Positions 17,900-28,091 of a DNA stretch of 64,000 nt are shown piece after piece (position 1 is the stretch's first letter; each line of letters starts with the position of its first letter). The DNA is taken from the NCBI GenBank assembly GCA_041395065.1, contig JAWLBG010000007.1:46165-110164 (forward strand), written 5' to 3'. This DNA is from Prosthecobacter sp. (GTDB lineage: Bacteria > Verrucomicrobiota > Verrucomicrobiia > Verrucomicrobiales > Verrucomicrobiaceae). The position numbers and the translations under genes were made by a program. The notes beneath the pieces were generated by a model. The model ran no database searches. It was given only the letters and a program-made list of their open reading frames with translations, and was not told where the DNA came from.

Positions 17900-20884
17900 G
17901 TGGATGGCAAACCGAAAGCTCCGAAACGACGCCGCTGGCTGCGTTGGCTGGGGCGTCTGGTTTTGATCGCGCTGGCGATTGGTTCGGCGTTGCTGTACTT
18001 CGCGTGGAAAGAGCGCGTGCTGCTGGTAAATGCGGTGCTGCTGCGTGCCGGCGGGGATTTTCGGGTGCAGCTCAAAGCCTTGGAATGGGCGGACGGAATA
18101 TTGCTTGTGAAGGGAGCCGACGTCACGCATGCGCCGACGGCTCATCGCATCGCCGCAGTGGGAGAAGTCGAGTGGCGACCGGTGTGGCATGAACTGAGGG
18201 AGAAGAATCTGGGGAGGCTGAAGGTCAAGGACGCGGAGGTGGACCTGCCACTGACTTTGTTTTCATCATCAAACGACGGGGACGGTGGCGGCTCCGCGAC
18301 ACCATGGCGGGTGGATTCCGTCGAGCTGGGTTCCACGCGCTTTTCCGTTCACGACGAGGCAGGCGAATCCCTGGTGAGCGGTCGATTTTCAGGCCGTTTG
18401 ACAGGTGGGACGAAAGTGGAGGCGGAGGCTGTAGACTTGAGTTGGCAAGGGCATCGCGTCATTCGCCGTGTGACCGCCGCCGCTGAGTTCGGCGACCGGG
18501 GCATTGCTCTTCAAGAAGCGCGGATCGAAGGCTGTCGCGTGGATTTGGCGTGGCTGCCTTTGCCGGTGCCGTTGCGCGGTGGTTTTGAGTTGGAGTGGCG
18601 CAGCAAGGACTTAGTTGTTGCCAATGGTGAACTTGCCGTGGGCGGCAGTCACGAATGGCGCCTTAAAAATGTGCTGGTTGAACCCGGGTCAGGAACGGGG
18701 GGGATCAGCGTAGCGGCTGCGAATTTCGATGTGACGCAAGTGGATGGCTTGTGGCGTCTGCAAGAGGGCACAGTTTCGGAACCGAAGATCGACTGGACGC
18801 TTGATCTGGAGGAACTGCTGATGCCAAAGTCGGAATCGCAGGCTGGATCAGCTCAGTGGAAAGTGCAGATCGACCGGCTGGTCGTGACGGACGGGCGTGC
18901 GAATTTGGCGGCGACGAAGATTGCGCCTCTCATCGGTGGATTGAGCTGGAGTGTCACACTTGAAGGTCTGGCGGTCTCCCCGGAGGGGGTGAGTTCGGCG
19001 ATGAAGCAAAAGATCGAGGTGCGGGATGTGGCGTTGCGGTGGGATCGTGCCGGGAAGGAAGTTCCCCCTCTGCCTTTTGCCGAGCTGAAGGCCGCCGAGT
19101 TGGAAGTCGTGCCGGATGACTGGCGCGATAATTTGCGCATTGAATCACTGGTGGTTATGGAACCGAAAGTGAGTCTGACGCCGGAGAACGGCCCCTGGTT
19201 TGACGAAGTGACCGAAGAACCGGTGGCGCAACCGGCCGGCGGTATGATCGAACTCCCGTTGTGGAAACGCGTGAGCTTTGGCCGCCTGACTCTGACGGGG
19301 GGTAGAGTCGATGCCGCCGTGCCGCTCGCGAAGCGGGTGGAGCTTTCTTCTCGTGTGGAAGTCACGACGGATGCGGCCAAGCAACATCTGAGGCTCACGG
19401 ACACCCGGGCACGTGTGCCGAAGCAGGCCAATCTTCCAGTGCTCGCACTGGAGTCTGTGGAAGCGGTGGGAAGGCTGCCGGAAATTTGGCGTTCGCGCAG
19501 GCTGGAAAGTCTGAGCGTTTTAGGCGGGCAGATTGAGGTGGGAGACGCTCTGATGACACTTTTCAGCGGCGACGCAGCCGTGGTGGAAGAGAAGGTCGAT
19601 GCGGCGGCGGAGCGCTGGACTGCGGCACAGGTGAATGTGGCGGGACTTGGAGTGACCATCATGAGCCTCGCTCCCGGGTTGCCTCCGGTGCGCTTCGATG
19701 TCGAGTTCGCGGCGAAGGAGACGCCCCTCGACCTCGACGGTCTGGCAGAGAACGCGGAGCCTCAGCGCATCGTGCTTTCCCGGCTTCGCATTCCCTCCCC
19801 CTATGAGCCGCTGCGTACCGTGGCGGAGATGGATGTGATCCATGTGAACTACACGCTGGATGGTCTGCTTCACCGCCGGATCGACAAGGTGGAGATCGTC
19901 TCTCCACTTCTCTACGTTGGCGAGGACCTGTTCTGGTATGTTGAGAGCTACCGCAAGTTCATGGACGGAGAGGCGCCGAAGGGGGACCCGTCCTTCGGAC
20001 CGCCATTACCGCCGAAGCCGACCGCTCCAGGCTGGAAAGTCGACACACTGGCGGTGAGCGACGGGCGCCTCATCCTTGCCCCCAAGGGCGTGCCACTGGC
20101 TGGTTTCAGCCGTCCTTTCCCCTTCAGCTTCACTTCGAAGCTGGAAAGCGGCCAGCTTGAGGCGGTGTTTGAGATCCCGACCGATGATTACACGCTTAAG
20201 GATCTGAAACTGGCCTTTCGCGGCATGAAAGGAAACGTGCAGTTCAACCTGCCGCTGAAAGACCGGAGCAACAACCTCACGGAAACGTTCACCGTCGACC
20301 AGATCCGCTGGAAAGATCTGCACATCGAGAAGGCTCATCTCAGCGTGACCTACGATTCCGCCGGCATCTACGGCCAGTTCGGCGGTGAGGCCTACGCAGG
20401 TTATATGAACGGCGCCTTCGACTTCTACCTTGACGAGGTCTACACTTGGGACGGCTGGGTCACGGGGGTGGACATGAATCTCGGACCGATGACGCGCGCA
20501 CTTTTCCCCGGATACCTGCTGCTCGAAGGCAAGGCGGACGTCAAGGTGATCGCGACTGGCAACAAGAACGAACTCTATCAGGGCGACGCCGAGTTCAGCA
20601 ACCGCTCGCGCGGAAAGTTCAGCATCGAGGCGCTCAACGACATGATCGATGAGCTGCCGCCGGTTAAGAGAGGGGACATCGCTGATCAAATCACCCGCAT
20701 CGGACTGGAAACGCTGAGGGATTTCGATTATGAAAGCATTGATGGCAAAGCACGCTTGTATGGACGCGAAGGCAGCGGGCACCTGCGGTTCACCGGCCCG
20801 CACGGATTCCGCAAGATCGACATCAATGTTTTTGACCATCGCTGGAAGGCGGAACCCAAGCCGGTGGCAGACAATGACGATTGA
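17900..20884 (+). CDS. YdbH/AsmA-like intermembrane lipid-transfer protein
   Basis: N-terminal TM anchor, about 1000 aa of repeated beta-strands, C-terminal LRDFDYESI...IDINV resembling the DctA-YdbH domain. Probable GTG start at 17900. Confidence 0.65.
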   Translation: MDGKPKAPKRRRWLRWLGRLVLIALAIGSALLYFAWKERVLLVNAVLLRAGGDFRVQLKALEWADGILLVKGADVTHAPTAHRIAAVGEVEWRPVWHELREKNLGRLKVKDAEVDLPLTLFSSSNDGDGGGSATPWRVDSVELGSTRFSVHDEAGESLVSGRFSGRLTGGTKVEAEAVDLSWQGHRVIRRVTAAAEFGDRGIALQEARIEGCRVDLAWLPLPVPLRGGFELEWRSKDLVVANGELAVGGSHEWRLKNVLVEPGSGTGGISVAAANFDVTQVDGLWRLQEGTVSEPKIDWTLDLEELLMPKSESQAGSAQWKVQIDRLVVTDGRANLAATKIAPLIGGLSWSVTLEGLAVSPEGVSSAMKQKIEVRDVALRWDRAGKEVPPLPFAELKAAELEVVPDDWRDNLRIESLVVMEPKVSLTPENGPWFDEVTEEPVAQPAGGMIELPLWKRVSFGRLTLTGGRVDAAVPLAKRVELSSRVEVTTDAAKQHLRLTDTRARVPKQANLPVLALESVEAVGRLPEIWRSRRLESLSVLGGQIEVGDALMTLFSGDAAVVEEKVDAAAERWTAAQVNVAGLGVTIMSLAPGLPPVRFDVEFAAKETPLDLDGLAENAEPQRIVLSRLRIPSPYEPLRTVAEMDVIHVNYTLDGLLHRRIDKVEIVSPLLYVGEDLFWYVESYRKFMDGEAPKGDPSFGPPLPPKPTAPGWKVDTLAVSDGRLILAPKGVPLAGFSRPFPFSFTSKLESGQLEAVFEIPTDDYTLKDLKLAFRGMKGNVQFNLPLKDRSNNLTETFTVDQIRWKDLHIEKAHLSVTYDSAGIYGQFGGEAYAGYMNGAFDFYLDEVYTWDGWVTGVDMNLGPMTRALFPGYLLLEGKADVKVIATGNKNELYQGDAEFSNRSRGKFSIEALNDMIDELPPVKRGDIADQITRIGLETLRDFDYESIDGKARLYGREGSGHLRFTGPHGFRKIDINVFDHRWKAEPKPVADNDD

Positions 20885-20893
20885 AAACCCTGA

Positions 20894-21475
20894 ATGACCA
20901 CTCGCCCTGCCAGCTCAGTATTTTTGTCATGTATCCGCAGCTCGGTCGTCTGCGCAGGAATCTTCCTTTCCGCCTGCAAGCAGCTTCCCGAGGTGCCGAT
21001 CACCACGCCGGAGCCTCTGGAAGTGAACCTCAACATGCGTCTCGATATTTACCAGTATCGTGGTGATGAGCCCGTGGACAAGGAGGCCGCCAAAGGCGTC
21101 GCTGAGGCCACGCAGCGCATGCGCAACCGCATGGCGGAGATTCAAACCTACAAGAACAACGGGCTCGTCGGCGAAGATCATCGCGGCCTCCTGCAGATTC
21201 GCGAGGTGCCCGCAGGCGACTGGGGCGTGCAGATGAAAAAGGACGTGGCTGTTGAAAACGAGGACCGCATGCTGCTCATGCGCAACAAGGCCCGCGAGTC
21301 GAATCGTCCTCTGCACGAACTCGAAGCCGAACAATGGCGTCTGCGGGTGCAGCAGGCGAACCGCGGGGAGTGGATCGAAGTTCCCGGGGAATCTGCCGGC
21401 TCCTTCAAGTGGAAGCGCGCCGGTGATGAAACGAATTCGGAAGCCAAACGTTCTTCAACTACTGCAACACCATGA
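20894..21475 (+). CDS. Lipoprotein with YnbE-like N-terminus and YdbL/DUF1318-like C-terminus
   Basis: Lipobox LSAC, then PEPLEVNLNMRLDI; later GLVGEDHRGLL...VAVENEDR...GEWIE. Confidence 0.7.
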   Translation: MTTRPASSVFLSCIRSSVVCAGIFLSACKQLPEVPITTPEPLEVNLNMRLDIYQYRGDEPVDKEAAKGVAEATQRMRNRMAEIQTYKNNGLVGEDHRGLLQIREVPAGDWGVQMKKDVAVENEDRMLLMRNKARESNRPLHELEAEQWRLRVQQANRGEWIEVPGESAGSFKWKRAGDETNSEAKRSSTTATP

Positions 21476-21765
21476 GACTCATCATTTTTCTCCTCATCGC
21501 GCTGCTGGTCATCCTGGCGCTCACCAATCCCAACGAGACCGAGTTCCGGACTTACATGCAGCAGAAGCACGGCATCGCCGGCACTCTCAGTCTGAAGGTG
21601 GCGTCCATCTTCTCCGCCGGCAACGGAACCGGCCTGCATCGTGACAACTACTTTCTTTTCAGTCGCTACTATGTGGGCGGTGACGGCATTTTGCCGCGCA
21701 GTGATCTTGCGTGGGGCGTCGGCGGCAAGTTCTTCGAAATCGAAGAGGACTCCAAGTCTCGCTGA
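21472..21765 (+). CDS. Small membrane-anchored protein (DUF4359-like)
   Basis: Hydrophobic N-terminus, ALTNP, DNYFLFSRY, WGVGGKF; ATGA coupling to the upstream gene. Confidence 0.65.
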   Translation: MRLIIFLLIALLVILALTNPNETEFRTYMQQKHGIAGTLSLKVASIFSAGNGTGLHRDNYFLFSRYYVGGDGILPRSDLAWGVGGKFFEIEEDSKSR

Positions 21766-21984
21766 TCACGGATTCGTGGATTCGGGTTCTTCGGACTCGG
21801 CGGTTTTTTTCGGCATCTCCACGATGACCTCCAGTTCCCAGACTCGATTGCGCACGGCCCAGATCAGCATGGCCAGCCCCAGCAAGCTGAGGATCAACAG
21901 ATGGATGAGGCAACTGTTCCGGCATCCAATGCCGTCCTCGGTTGTGCTCGGACCGTAGTTCGTGATTTTATCTGGGGGGTGCAC
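21766..21984 (-). CDS. Small hypothetical single-TM protein
   Basis: 72-aa ORF with one hydrophobic helix, filling the gap between genes. Confidence 0.4.
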   Translation of the reverse strand: MHPPDKITNYGPSTTEDGIGCRNSCLIHLLILSLLGLAMLIWAVRNRVWELEVIVEMPKKTAESEEPESTNP

Positions 21985-22085
21985 AATGGGTATCCTGTGC
22001 CATCTTGCATTGGACAGCCAGCGATTACCGCCGATTTTCCGGCTCGACTGGAATTTTCACCTAACACCCTTACCCGATTTTATCC

Positions 22086-22493
22086 ATGTCTCGTCGTGCC
22101 CAATCCGGAGTCAACCCCGCCCATTGGCTGGGACTGATCATCATCATCGCCGTGGTCGGCGGCGGCGGCTACGCCCTGATGAATCGAGCCACCGACCCGA
22201 TGACGGGCGTCACTGAACTCAGCACAGGCGAATTTCTCGACAACGCCACCGCCCTCAGCGGTAACATTTACAAGGTCGAGGGCATCGTGGATGACCGCCT
22301 CGACAAGTGGCGCAACGCGGAGGGACGCCTCTTCAGTGTCCAGATCAGCGACGGTCGCGGCGGCGCATTTGTGCCCGTGTGGGTGCCGGGAGATTACGAG
22401 GGCGCCAACATCCAGCGCGGCCAGCGCTACGTTTTTAAAGTGCGCGTTCAGGAGAACGGCGTGCTCGAAGTGCTAGAACTCCTCAAAGTCTAA
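22086..22493 (+). CDS. Membrane-anchored hypothetical protein (possible OB-fold)
   Basis: TM helix, then YKVEGIV...IQRGQRYVFKVRV. Confidence 0.75.
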   Translation: MSRRAQSGVNPAHWLGLIIIIAVVGGGGYALMNRATDPMTGVTELSTGEFLDNATALSGNIYKVEGIVDDRLDKWRNAEGRLFSVQISDGRGGAFVPVWVPGDYEGANIQRGQRYVFKVRVQENGVLEVLELLKV

Positions 22494-22505
22494 ACTGAAC
22501 ACACC

Positions 22506-24449
22506 ATGAAACGTGCGCTTTCCCTCATCCTCGTTTTGTTCGCCTGCCCCTCGGCGTGTCTACTGGCCCAGGTTCTGCCGGGAGCTGGTGGCGGCGGCCA
22601 GCCCGCACCGCAGACGACCACCTCAAACAACAACTACAACATCGTTCCTGGCAGCGCCTCTGACCGCCAGATGGACACGCAGACGGCTCTGGGCAACATG
22701 CCGATGGCGGACCCCGGCAGCGAGAATGTGACCTTCAATGGCCGGATTTGGAATGTGACCAACAACCGCCTGATGCGGTCCCGCTTTGAAACCTACCTCA
22801 CCACGCCGGAAGCGAATTCCGGGGAGGACCAAGCCTATCGCGATCTCATCGCACAGATGATGCAGTATCTGGCGCCGACCAACAAGCCCGGCCCCGAGCC
22901 GATGAAAGCCTTCGCGTTGCTCCCTGAAGCAGGCACCTACCCCATCGACGGCGGTCTCTGCAACTCCATCGCCAACGCCATCTGGGACGTCTGGCTCGCC
23001 CAGCGGAAGCAGCAGAATCTCAAGGCCGCCAACGCTGCCATGCTCGACCGCCGCAAGACCCTCTCCTGGAATGCGGAGATGGGCATGAACAATGTCCAGC
23101 TCGCGCCGCCCGGGGGCGCCAGTGGCGGCTCTACCAAGGGAGGAAGCCAGAGACAGCAGGCCAACCAGACCGCAATTACCAACAGCGCCTCAGTTGGCCG
23201 CACTTCGGAATACATCAAAGGCATTGCCGAGATCGAGGCCCGCGTGAAACTCAACGAAACTGCCGCCGGCCTTTCCGAAATCACCAGCAAAACGGCCTTT
23301 CAGGCGCTCATCATCCAGATGTTCCTCCAGCGCCGGTTTGAGCACGCGGTCATCGCCTGCCGTTTCTACCCGAATCTCTTCAAGGATGGCGAAAGCATCC
23401 TGCAGCTCGACAAGGACAGCGATGTTCAAAAAATGCTCTCCAGCAGCTTCGGTGTGCCGCCCACCATCAGCATGATTGACGGCCTCTCTCTCGAAGCAAT
23501 GCGCAGCGTGGACGAGTCCCTCGTTTCTTTCGAAAACCTCGTCGCGCGCAGGGATGTGGATAGTGCCGGAAACCGCCTGCTCGAAGCCTTCGGGATCGGC
23601 GAGTACCTGCCCCGTGTGCGTCGTCTGCCGATGAGTGAAAAGATGAAGGTGCTCGATTTCGTCCGCAAAAAAAACAAACTGCTTTCTTTCATGGAAATGA
23701 GGGACTTCGCCAGCGCTGAGGAAGTCGTGAACGAACTCCGCAGTCTCTCCGACGACTTCGAATACGCCAAGCCGCTGGCCGCCATCCAGACTGCGAAGGC
23801 CGTCAGTTCTCTTCACATCAGCAAGGCCCGCATGGCCATGGCCAACAAGGACACCATGACACTGGAAGCCGAAATGAAGGCCGCCACGGAAATCTGGCCC
23901 ACCAATCCCGCCCTGGCCGGATTCAGCGGTGAACTCGTGAAGGGCAGCGACATGCGCGCCCAGGCCATCATGGAATTCGACCGGCTCCTCAGTCAGCGCA
24001 ACTATCGTCAGATCTTCGACAACCAGGCCACCTTCATCGCCTCTCTGGCCGACGATCTCTCCCGCAAGGACCAGCTCGAAAAAGTGCTCAAGGATATGGG
24101 CCGCCTAGAACTCATCATCGGTGGCGCCAAGGAACTCGCCGCCAGCAGCCCCCCCGCCGCCTGGGAAAAGGTGGAAAAAGAATCGCAGTCTTATCCGGAC
24201 GACCCCGTGCTCAGCAAGCTGCGCGCGGATCTCGGCGTGAAGGCCAGCGAATTTGTCACGGCCATCGAAAACGGCCGCCAGCACGAGAAAAGGGACCAGA
24301 TCGGCTCCGCCATTGGCTGGTACTTGAAAGCCAAACGCATGCATCCTCCAAGCGATTTCGCCCGTGATGGCGTGCAGCGTCTGGTGGACCGCATCCGCGC
24401 CGGAGATCAGGCTCCCGCGTTGGAGACCGAGTCTGCGTTGAACAACTGA
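22506..24449 (+). CDS. Secreted alpha-helical (TPR-like) hypothetical protein
   Basis: Signal peptide, 647 aa, helical repeats, host-like codon usage. Confidence 0.8.
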   Translation: MKRALSLILVLFACPSACLLAQVLPGAGGGGQPAPQTTTSNNNYNIVPGSASDRQMDTQTALGNMPMADPGSENVTFNGRIWNVTNNRLMRSRFETYLTTPEANSGEDQAYRDLIAQMMQYLAPTNKPGPEPMKAFALLPEAGTYPIDGGLCNSIANAIWDVWLAQRKQQNLKAANAAMLDRRKTLSWNAEMGMNNVQLAPPGGASGGSTKGGSQRQQANQTAITNSASVGRTSEYIKGIAEIEARVKLNETAAGLSEITSKTAFQALIIQMFLQRRFEHAVIACRFYPNLFKDGESILQLDKDSDVQKMLSSSFGVPPTISMIDGLSLEAMRSVDESLVSFENLVARRDVDSAGNRLLEAFGIGEYLPRVRRLPMSEKMKVLDFVRKKNKLLSFMEMRDFASAEEVVNELRSLSDDFEYAKPLAAIQTAKAVSSLHISKARMAMANKDTMTLEAEMKAATEIWPTNPALAGFSGELVKGSDMRAQAIMEFDRLLSQRNYRQIFDNQATFIASLADDLSRKDQLEKVLKDMGRLELIIGGAKELAASSPPAAWEKVEKESQSYPDDPVLSKLRADLGVKASEFVTAIENGRQHEKRDQIGSAIGWYLKAKRMHPPSDFARDGVQRLVDRIRAGDQAPALETESALNN

Positions 24450-24459
24450 AGCCTCGTCC

Positions 24460-27027
24460 TCAGGGCTGATGACGAGACGAAGCCTTCGTCTTGTTTTCAA
24501 ACTCCCGCCACAGCCTCTCGATCGCTTCTTCGGGATCCTCGAGCATCATGCCCTCCTTGATCTTGCTGGCAAAGATGCCGAAGGAGAAGGGCGAGACCAC
24601 CGGCACCTGCCGCAGCTGCCACTCCAGGGTTTGCGCCTTCTTCAGAAAGTCCATCGCCCGCGGCAGGTCGAGAAAGGTGTGCGTGGCCTCGCGGCGGGCC
24701 TGCTCCAGCATCGGATGCTCCGGCTCGTGCTGGCAGAGAACGCGAAACAGGATCTCCGAGTTCCAGCGCAGTTCCTTGATCCTGCGCTCCTGACCCGGGC
24801 GGTTGCGCGGCATCATCAGTCCCGTCTGCGCCACCCCGCCAAACTGCCACTTCACCAGCGCCGAATCCTTCAGCACATCCGCCAGATCACGCTCCGCATG
24901 TTCGGGCACGAACAGCTCCCGCCACGCGTCGCAGTCGAGCTCTTGAAAGGGTTTCAAGGTTAGCAGAAAGCCGTAGTCGTCGATCGTGACGAGCGCGTTG
25001 CCTCCCGCCGCCGCCTTCAGTCGCTGCGCGATGATGCGGGAAAGTGCGTCGTTCGCGGCGCGGCCGATGAGGCTGTGAAAAAAGTAATGCAGCAGTCCCT
25101 CGTCGTCCGGGTCGCCCTCTTTTCGTTCATGAAACAGCTCGATGAGCATCGTGCGCTCCGTCGGGATCGACGACACCTGCAACTGATTGCGGCAGTGCTT
25201 CACGATCGCCGCCGCATTGGTGCTGGAGATCACAAACCGCTCCACCAGCCAGTCACCGATCATCTCGTCGTTTTCGGATTCGAGGCGCAATGCCAGCTCC
25301 GTGCGTAGGGAGGCGACTTCATTGGCCAGGCCGGATGCCAGAGGCATTTTGTTCGCGTTCCAAGCCGGAACGGTCGGCATTCTGCCCGCTGCGTCCTCCA
25401 CCTTCACCTGCATCACGCCGGTTTCGATCAGTCGCACCGTGCGTCCCGCAAGAACAAAGATGTCGCCCATTTTGAGTCGTTTCAAAAACGACTCCTCGAT
25501 CTGGCCCAGCCGTCGTTTGCCCAGAATCACGCTCACCATGCCTTCGGTGTGAATCACGCCGACGTTTGCCAGATACTCCCTCTCAACCTTCGGTGTCGGA
25601 GTCACCAGAATTTCGTCGCGCACGGTGATCTTGCCGAAGGTTTCGCGGTACTGTTTCTCGAGTGACCGACCGCCGCCCACGAGATAACGCCGCACGCGGT
25701 CGAACTCCTCCTGAGTGAGATCTTGAAAGGGCTGCGCCCGCCGGATCAGGCCAAAAGCTTCCGCCGTCGTGTGTCTCCCCTCCATGGCCAGCCCCACCAA
25801 ATGCTGCGCCAGCACGTCCAGCGGTTTGAGCATAGTCCGCACGGCGTCCAGTCGCGCATCCCGCGTCATTTCCGCACACACGACGCACTCCATGAGGTCG
25901 TTCACGTTCGTCGCCACCAGGATGCCGTGACTCTCCTGGTGAATCGAGTGTCCGCTGCGACCGATTCGCTGCAGGGCGCGGCTGACTCCCTTTGGCGTCG
26001 AAATCATTACCACGCAGTCAACGCTTCCGATGTCGATCCCCAGCTCCAGGCTCGTGCTGCACACCACTGCACGCAGTTCTCCGCGTTTCAGCCTGTCCTC
26101 GACCTCCAGCCTCACGTCGCGGTCGAGCGATGCGTGATGCGCCTCGATTTTCTCCGCCAGCTTTGGCAGCACGCCTTTGAGCCGGATCGCGATGCTCTCC
26201 GTGCTGCTGCGGGTGTTGCAGAAAACGATCACGCTGCGATGTCGTCGCACGATGCCGGCGATGTCCTCCAGCACCCGCTGCGCCGTGTAACCCGCCGGCG
26301 GATATGGGTCGCGCCGCAATGGCGAGAGTACCTCCACGCGTCTCCCGCGAGCCTTCGTCGCCTGCATGACCTCGCAGGGCCGCGATCCGGTCAAAAAACG
26401 CGCCAGCAGTTCCAGCGGAGCCGCCGTGGCCGAAAGGCCGATGCGCACCAGGGGATGCAGCGCCTCCAGTCGTTCCAGCGACACCGCAAGATGCGCCCCG
26501 CGCTTGTTTTCAGCCAGTGCATGCAGCTCATCCACGATCACAAAGCGGCAGCACCGCAGCGCTTCGGCAAACGCCTTCTGCGGCAGCATGATTGCCAGGC
26601 TCTCCGGCGTGGTCAGCAGGATGTGCGGCGGTTGGCGCCGGAGTTTCGCCCTTTCGGCGCTCGTCGTGTCGCCGGTGCGCATGCCGACGCGGATCACACC
26701 GCTCAGGCCCGCGCCGTCCAGCGGTGCGCGCAGGTTTTTTTCAATGTCGTAGGTCAGCGCCCGCAGCGGCGACACGTAAACCGCATGGATCCCCTCCCGC
26801 AGGCCGCCCGCTTCATGTTCGCGCAGGAGTGAATCGAGAACACCGAGAAAACCCGCCAGCGTCTTGCCGCTGCCCGTCGGTGACGACAACAGCACCGACC
26901 TGCCGGCGATAATGTGCGGCAGCGTCAGCTCCTGCGCCTCCGTCAGTCGGCCGCGAAACGCCTTCCTCACCCACGCCCGCAGGCTGGAATGCAGATGTTG
27001 GGTGACTTCGGCGGTGGCGTGGGGCAC
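24460..27027 (-). CDS. lhr: Lhr-family DEAD/DEAH-box helicase (core length)
   Basis: PTGSGKT, SPLRAL, TTPESL, DELH, GLSAT, SLELGIDIG, QRIGRSGH, DVLAQH. Probable GTG start at 27027. Confidence 0.9.
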   Translation of the reverse strand: MPHATAEVTQHLHSSLRAWVRKAFRGRLTEAQELTLPHIIAGRSVLLSSPTGSGKTLAGFLGVLDSLLREHEAGGLREGIHAVYVSPLRALTYDIEKNLRAPLDGAGLSGVIRVGMRTGDTTSAERAKLRRQPPHILLTTPESLAIMLPQKAFAEALRCCRFVIVDELHALAENKRGAHLAVSLERLEALHPLVRIGLSATAAPLELLARFLTGSRPCEVMQATKARGRRVEVLSPLRRDPYPPAGYTAQRVLEDIAGIVRRHRSVIVFCNTRSSTESIAIRLKGVLPKLAEKIEAHHASLDRDVRLEVEDRLKRGELRAVVCSTSLELGIDIGSVDCVVMISTPKGVSRALQRIGRSGHSIHQESHGILVATNVNDLMECVVCAEMTRDARLDAVRTMLKPLDVLAQHLVGLAMEGRHTTAEAFGLIRRAQPFQDLTQEEFDRVRRYLVGGGRSLEKQYRETFGKITVRDEILVTPTPKVEREYLANVGVIHTEGMVSVILGKRRLGQIEESFLKRLKMGDIFVLAGRTVRLIETGVMQVKVEDAAGRMPTVPAWNANKMPLASGLANEVASLRTELALRLESENDEMIGDWLVERFVISSTNAAAIVKHCRNQLQVSSIPTERTMLIELFHERKEGDPDDEGLLHYFFHSLIGRAANDALSRIIAQRLKAAAGGNALVTIDDYGFLLTLKPFQELDCDAWRELFVPEHAERDLADVLKDSALVKWQFGGVAQTGLMMPRNRPGQERRIKELRWNSEILFRVLCQHEPEHPMLEQARREATHTFLDLPRAMDFLKKAQTLEWQLRQVPVVSPFSFGIFASKIKEGMMLEDPEEAIERLWREFENKTKASSRHQP

Positions 27028-27067
27028 GTCTTCATTTACGCCGAAGATCCAGTCCGGGCACTTCTTT

Positions 27068-28015
27068 ATGAATGCACCTCTCCTCCTCATCCTGTCGCTC
27101 AGCCTCATCGCATTCTCGACTTCCTCATCCGCTACTCCGCCGCGGGGAGAGGATCTGCTGTTTCTCGACAACGGCACGGTGAAGATCGGCCTCAATCGCG
27201 CGATGGGCGCCTCGATCACCTGGTTGTCGTGGAGGGCGTATCCGAAGAACATGATCAACTCCGTCGATCCGGGGCGCCTCATCCAGCAGTCCTACTACGC
27301 CGGACGCAGGCTCGACCGGACGACCGAAGGCCAGAGCAAATCGTGGAGTCCGTGGAGTTGGAATCCGATTCAGGGGGGCGGCATCGGCTCATGGGCGCGG
27401 GTCAACGAGTGCAGGCGTCTCGACGACCAGACACTCTATGCCGAGACGGTGCCCAAGCTTTGGGACATGCCGGACGAGGAAGCCGCCGCGCTCATGCGCC
27501 AGTGGACGGGATTCGAACTCGGCATGCCGGATGTCGTCGTGGTGCGCTGCGAGTTTGTCGCGAAACGCACGCCTGGTGATCGCTGGGGGCCGGCAAACAA
27601 CTCGCCGCAGGAAATCCCCGCCTGCTACTTTACGCGCAATTTTGACCGGTTGAAGTGCTACCTCGGCGGTGGCAAGTGGCGCGACGAGACGCAGCCGCCC
27701 GGCCCACCTTGGGGAAAGGCCGAGCCGCCGCTCAAGGCGATGGCCTGCTTTGAGGCGAACGGTCAGGGAGTCGCGATTTTCAGTCCGGCCAGCACGCAGC
27801 CGTGGAATTTCGGTCCGCACGGTGGTGGAGCGTCCGCCGATCCCGCCGCCGGTCCCTGCATTCACATCGCGCCCATCGACCGGGTGAAAATGGGCCCAAA
27901 GTCCACCTATCGCTACCGCTACTGGATGGTCGTCGGCACGGAGGCACAGGTCGCGGCGAGATTGGACGAACTGTTGAAGATGTATTCCGGCGAAAAATCG
28001 GAACTGTCCGATTGA
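27068..28015 (+). CDS. Secreted hypothetical protein (Trp-rich beta-sandwich)
   Basis: Signal peptide; DPGRLIQQSYY, WNPIQGG; precedes the sulfatases. Confidence 0.75.
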   Translation: MNAPLLLILSLSLIAFSTSSSATPPRGEDLLFLDNGTVKIGLNRAMGASITWLSWRAYPKNMINSVDPGRLIQQSYYAGRRLDRTTEGQSKSWSPWSWNPIQGGGIGSWARVNECRRLDDQTLYAETVPKLWDMPDEEAAALMRQWTGFELGMPDVVVVRCEFVAKRTPGDRWGPANNSPQEIPACYFTRNFDRLKCYLGGGKWRDETQPPGPPWGKAEPPLKAMACFEANGQGVAIFSPASTQPWNFGPHGGGASADPAAGPCIHIAPIDRVKMGPKSTYRYRYWMVVGTEAQVAARLDELLKMYSGEKSELSD

Positions 28016-28091
28016 TGGGACACCGCTTGCCGGATCGGACACGAAGTCTGCTGAGATGTGGGAGCTGATGTGTTCGTTTACGCGCACCACC

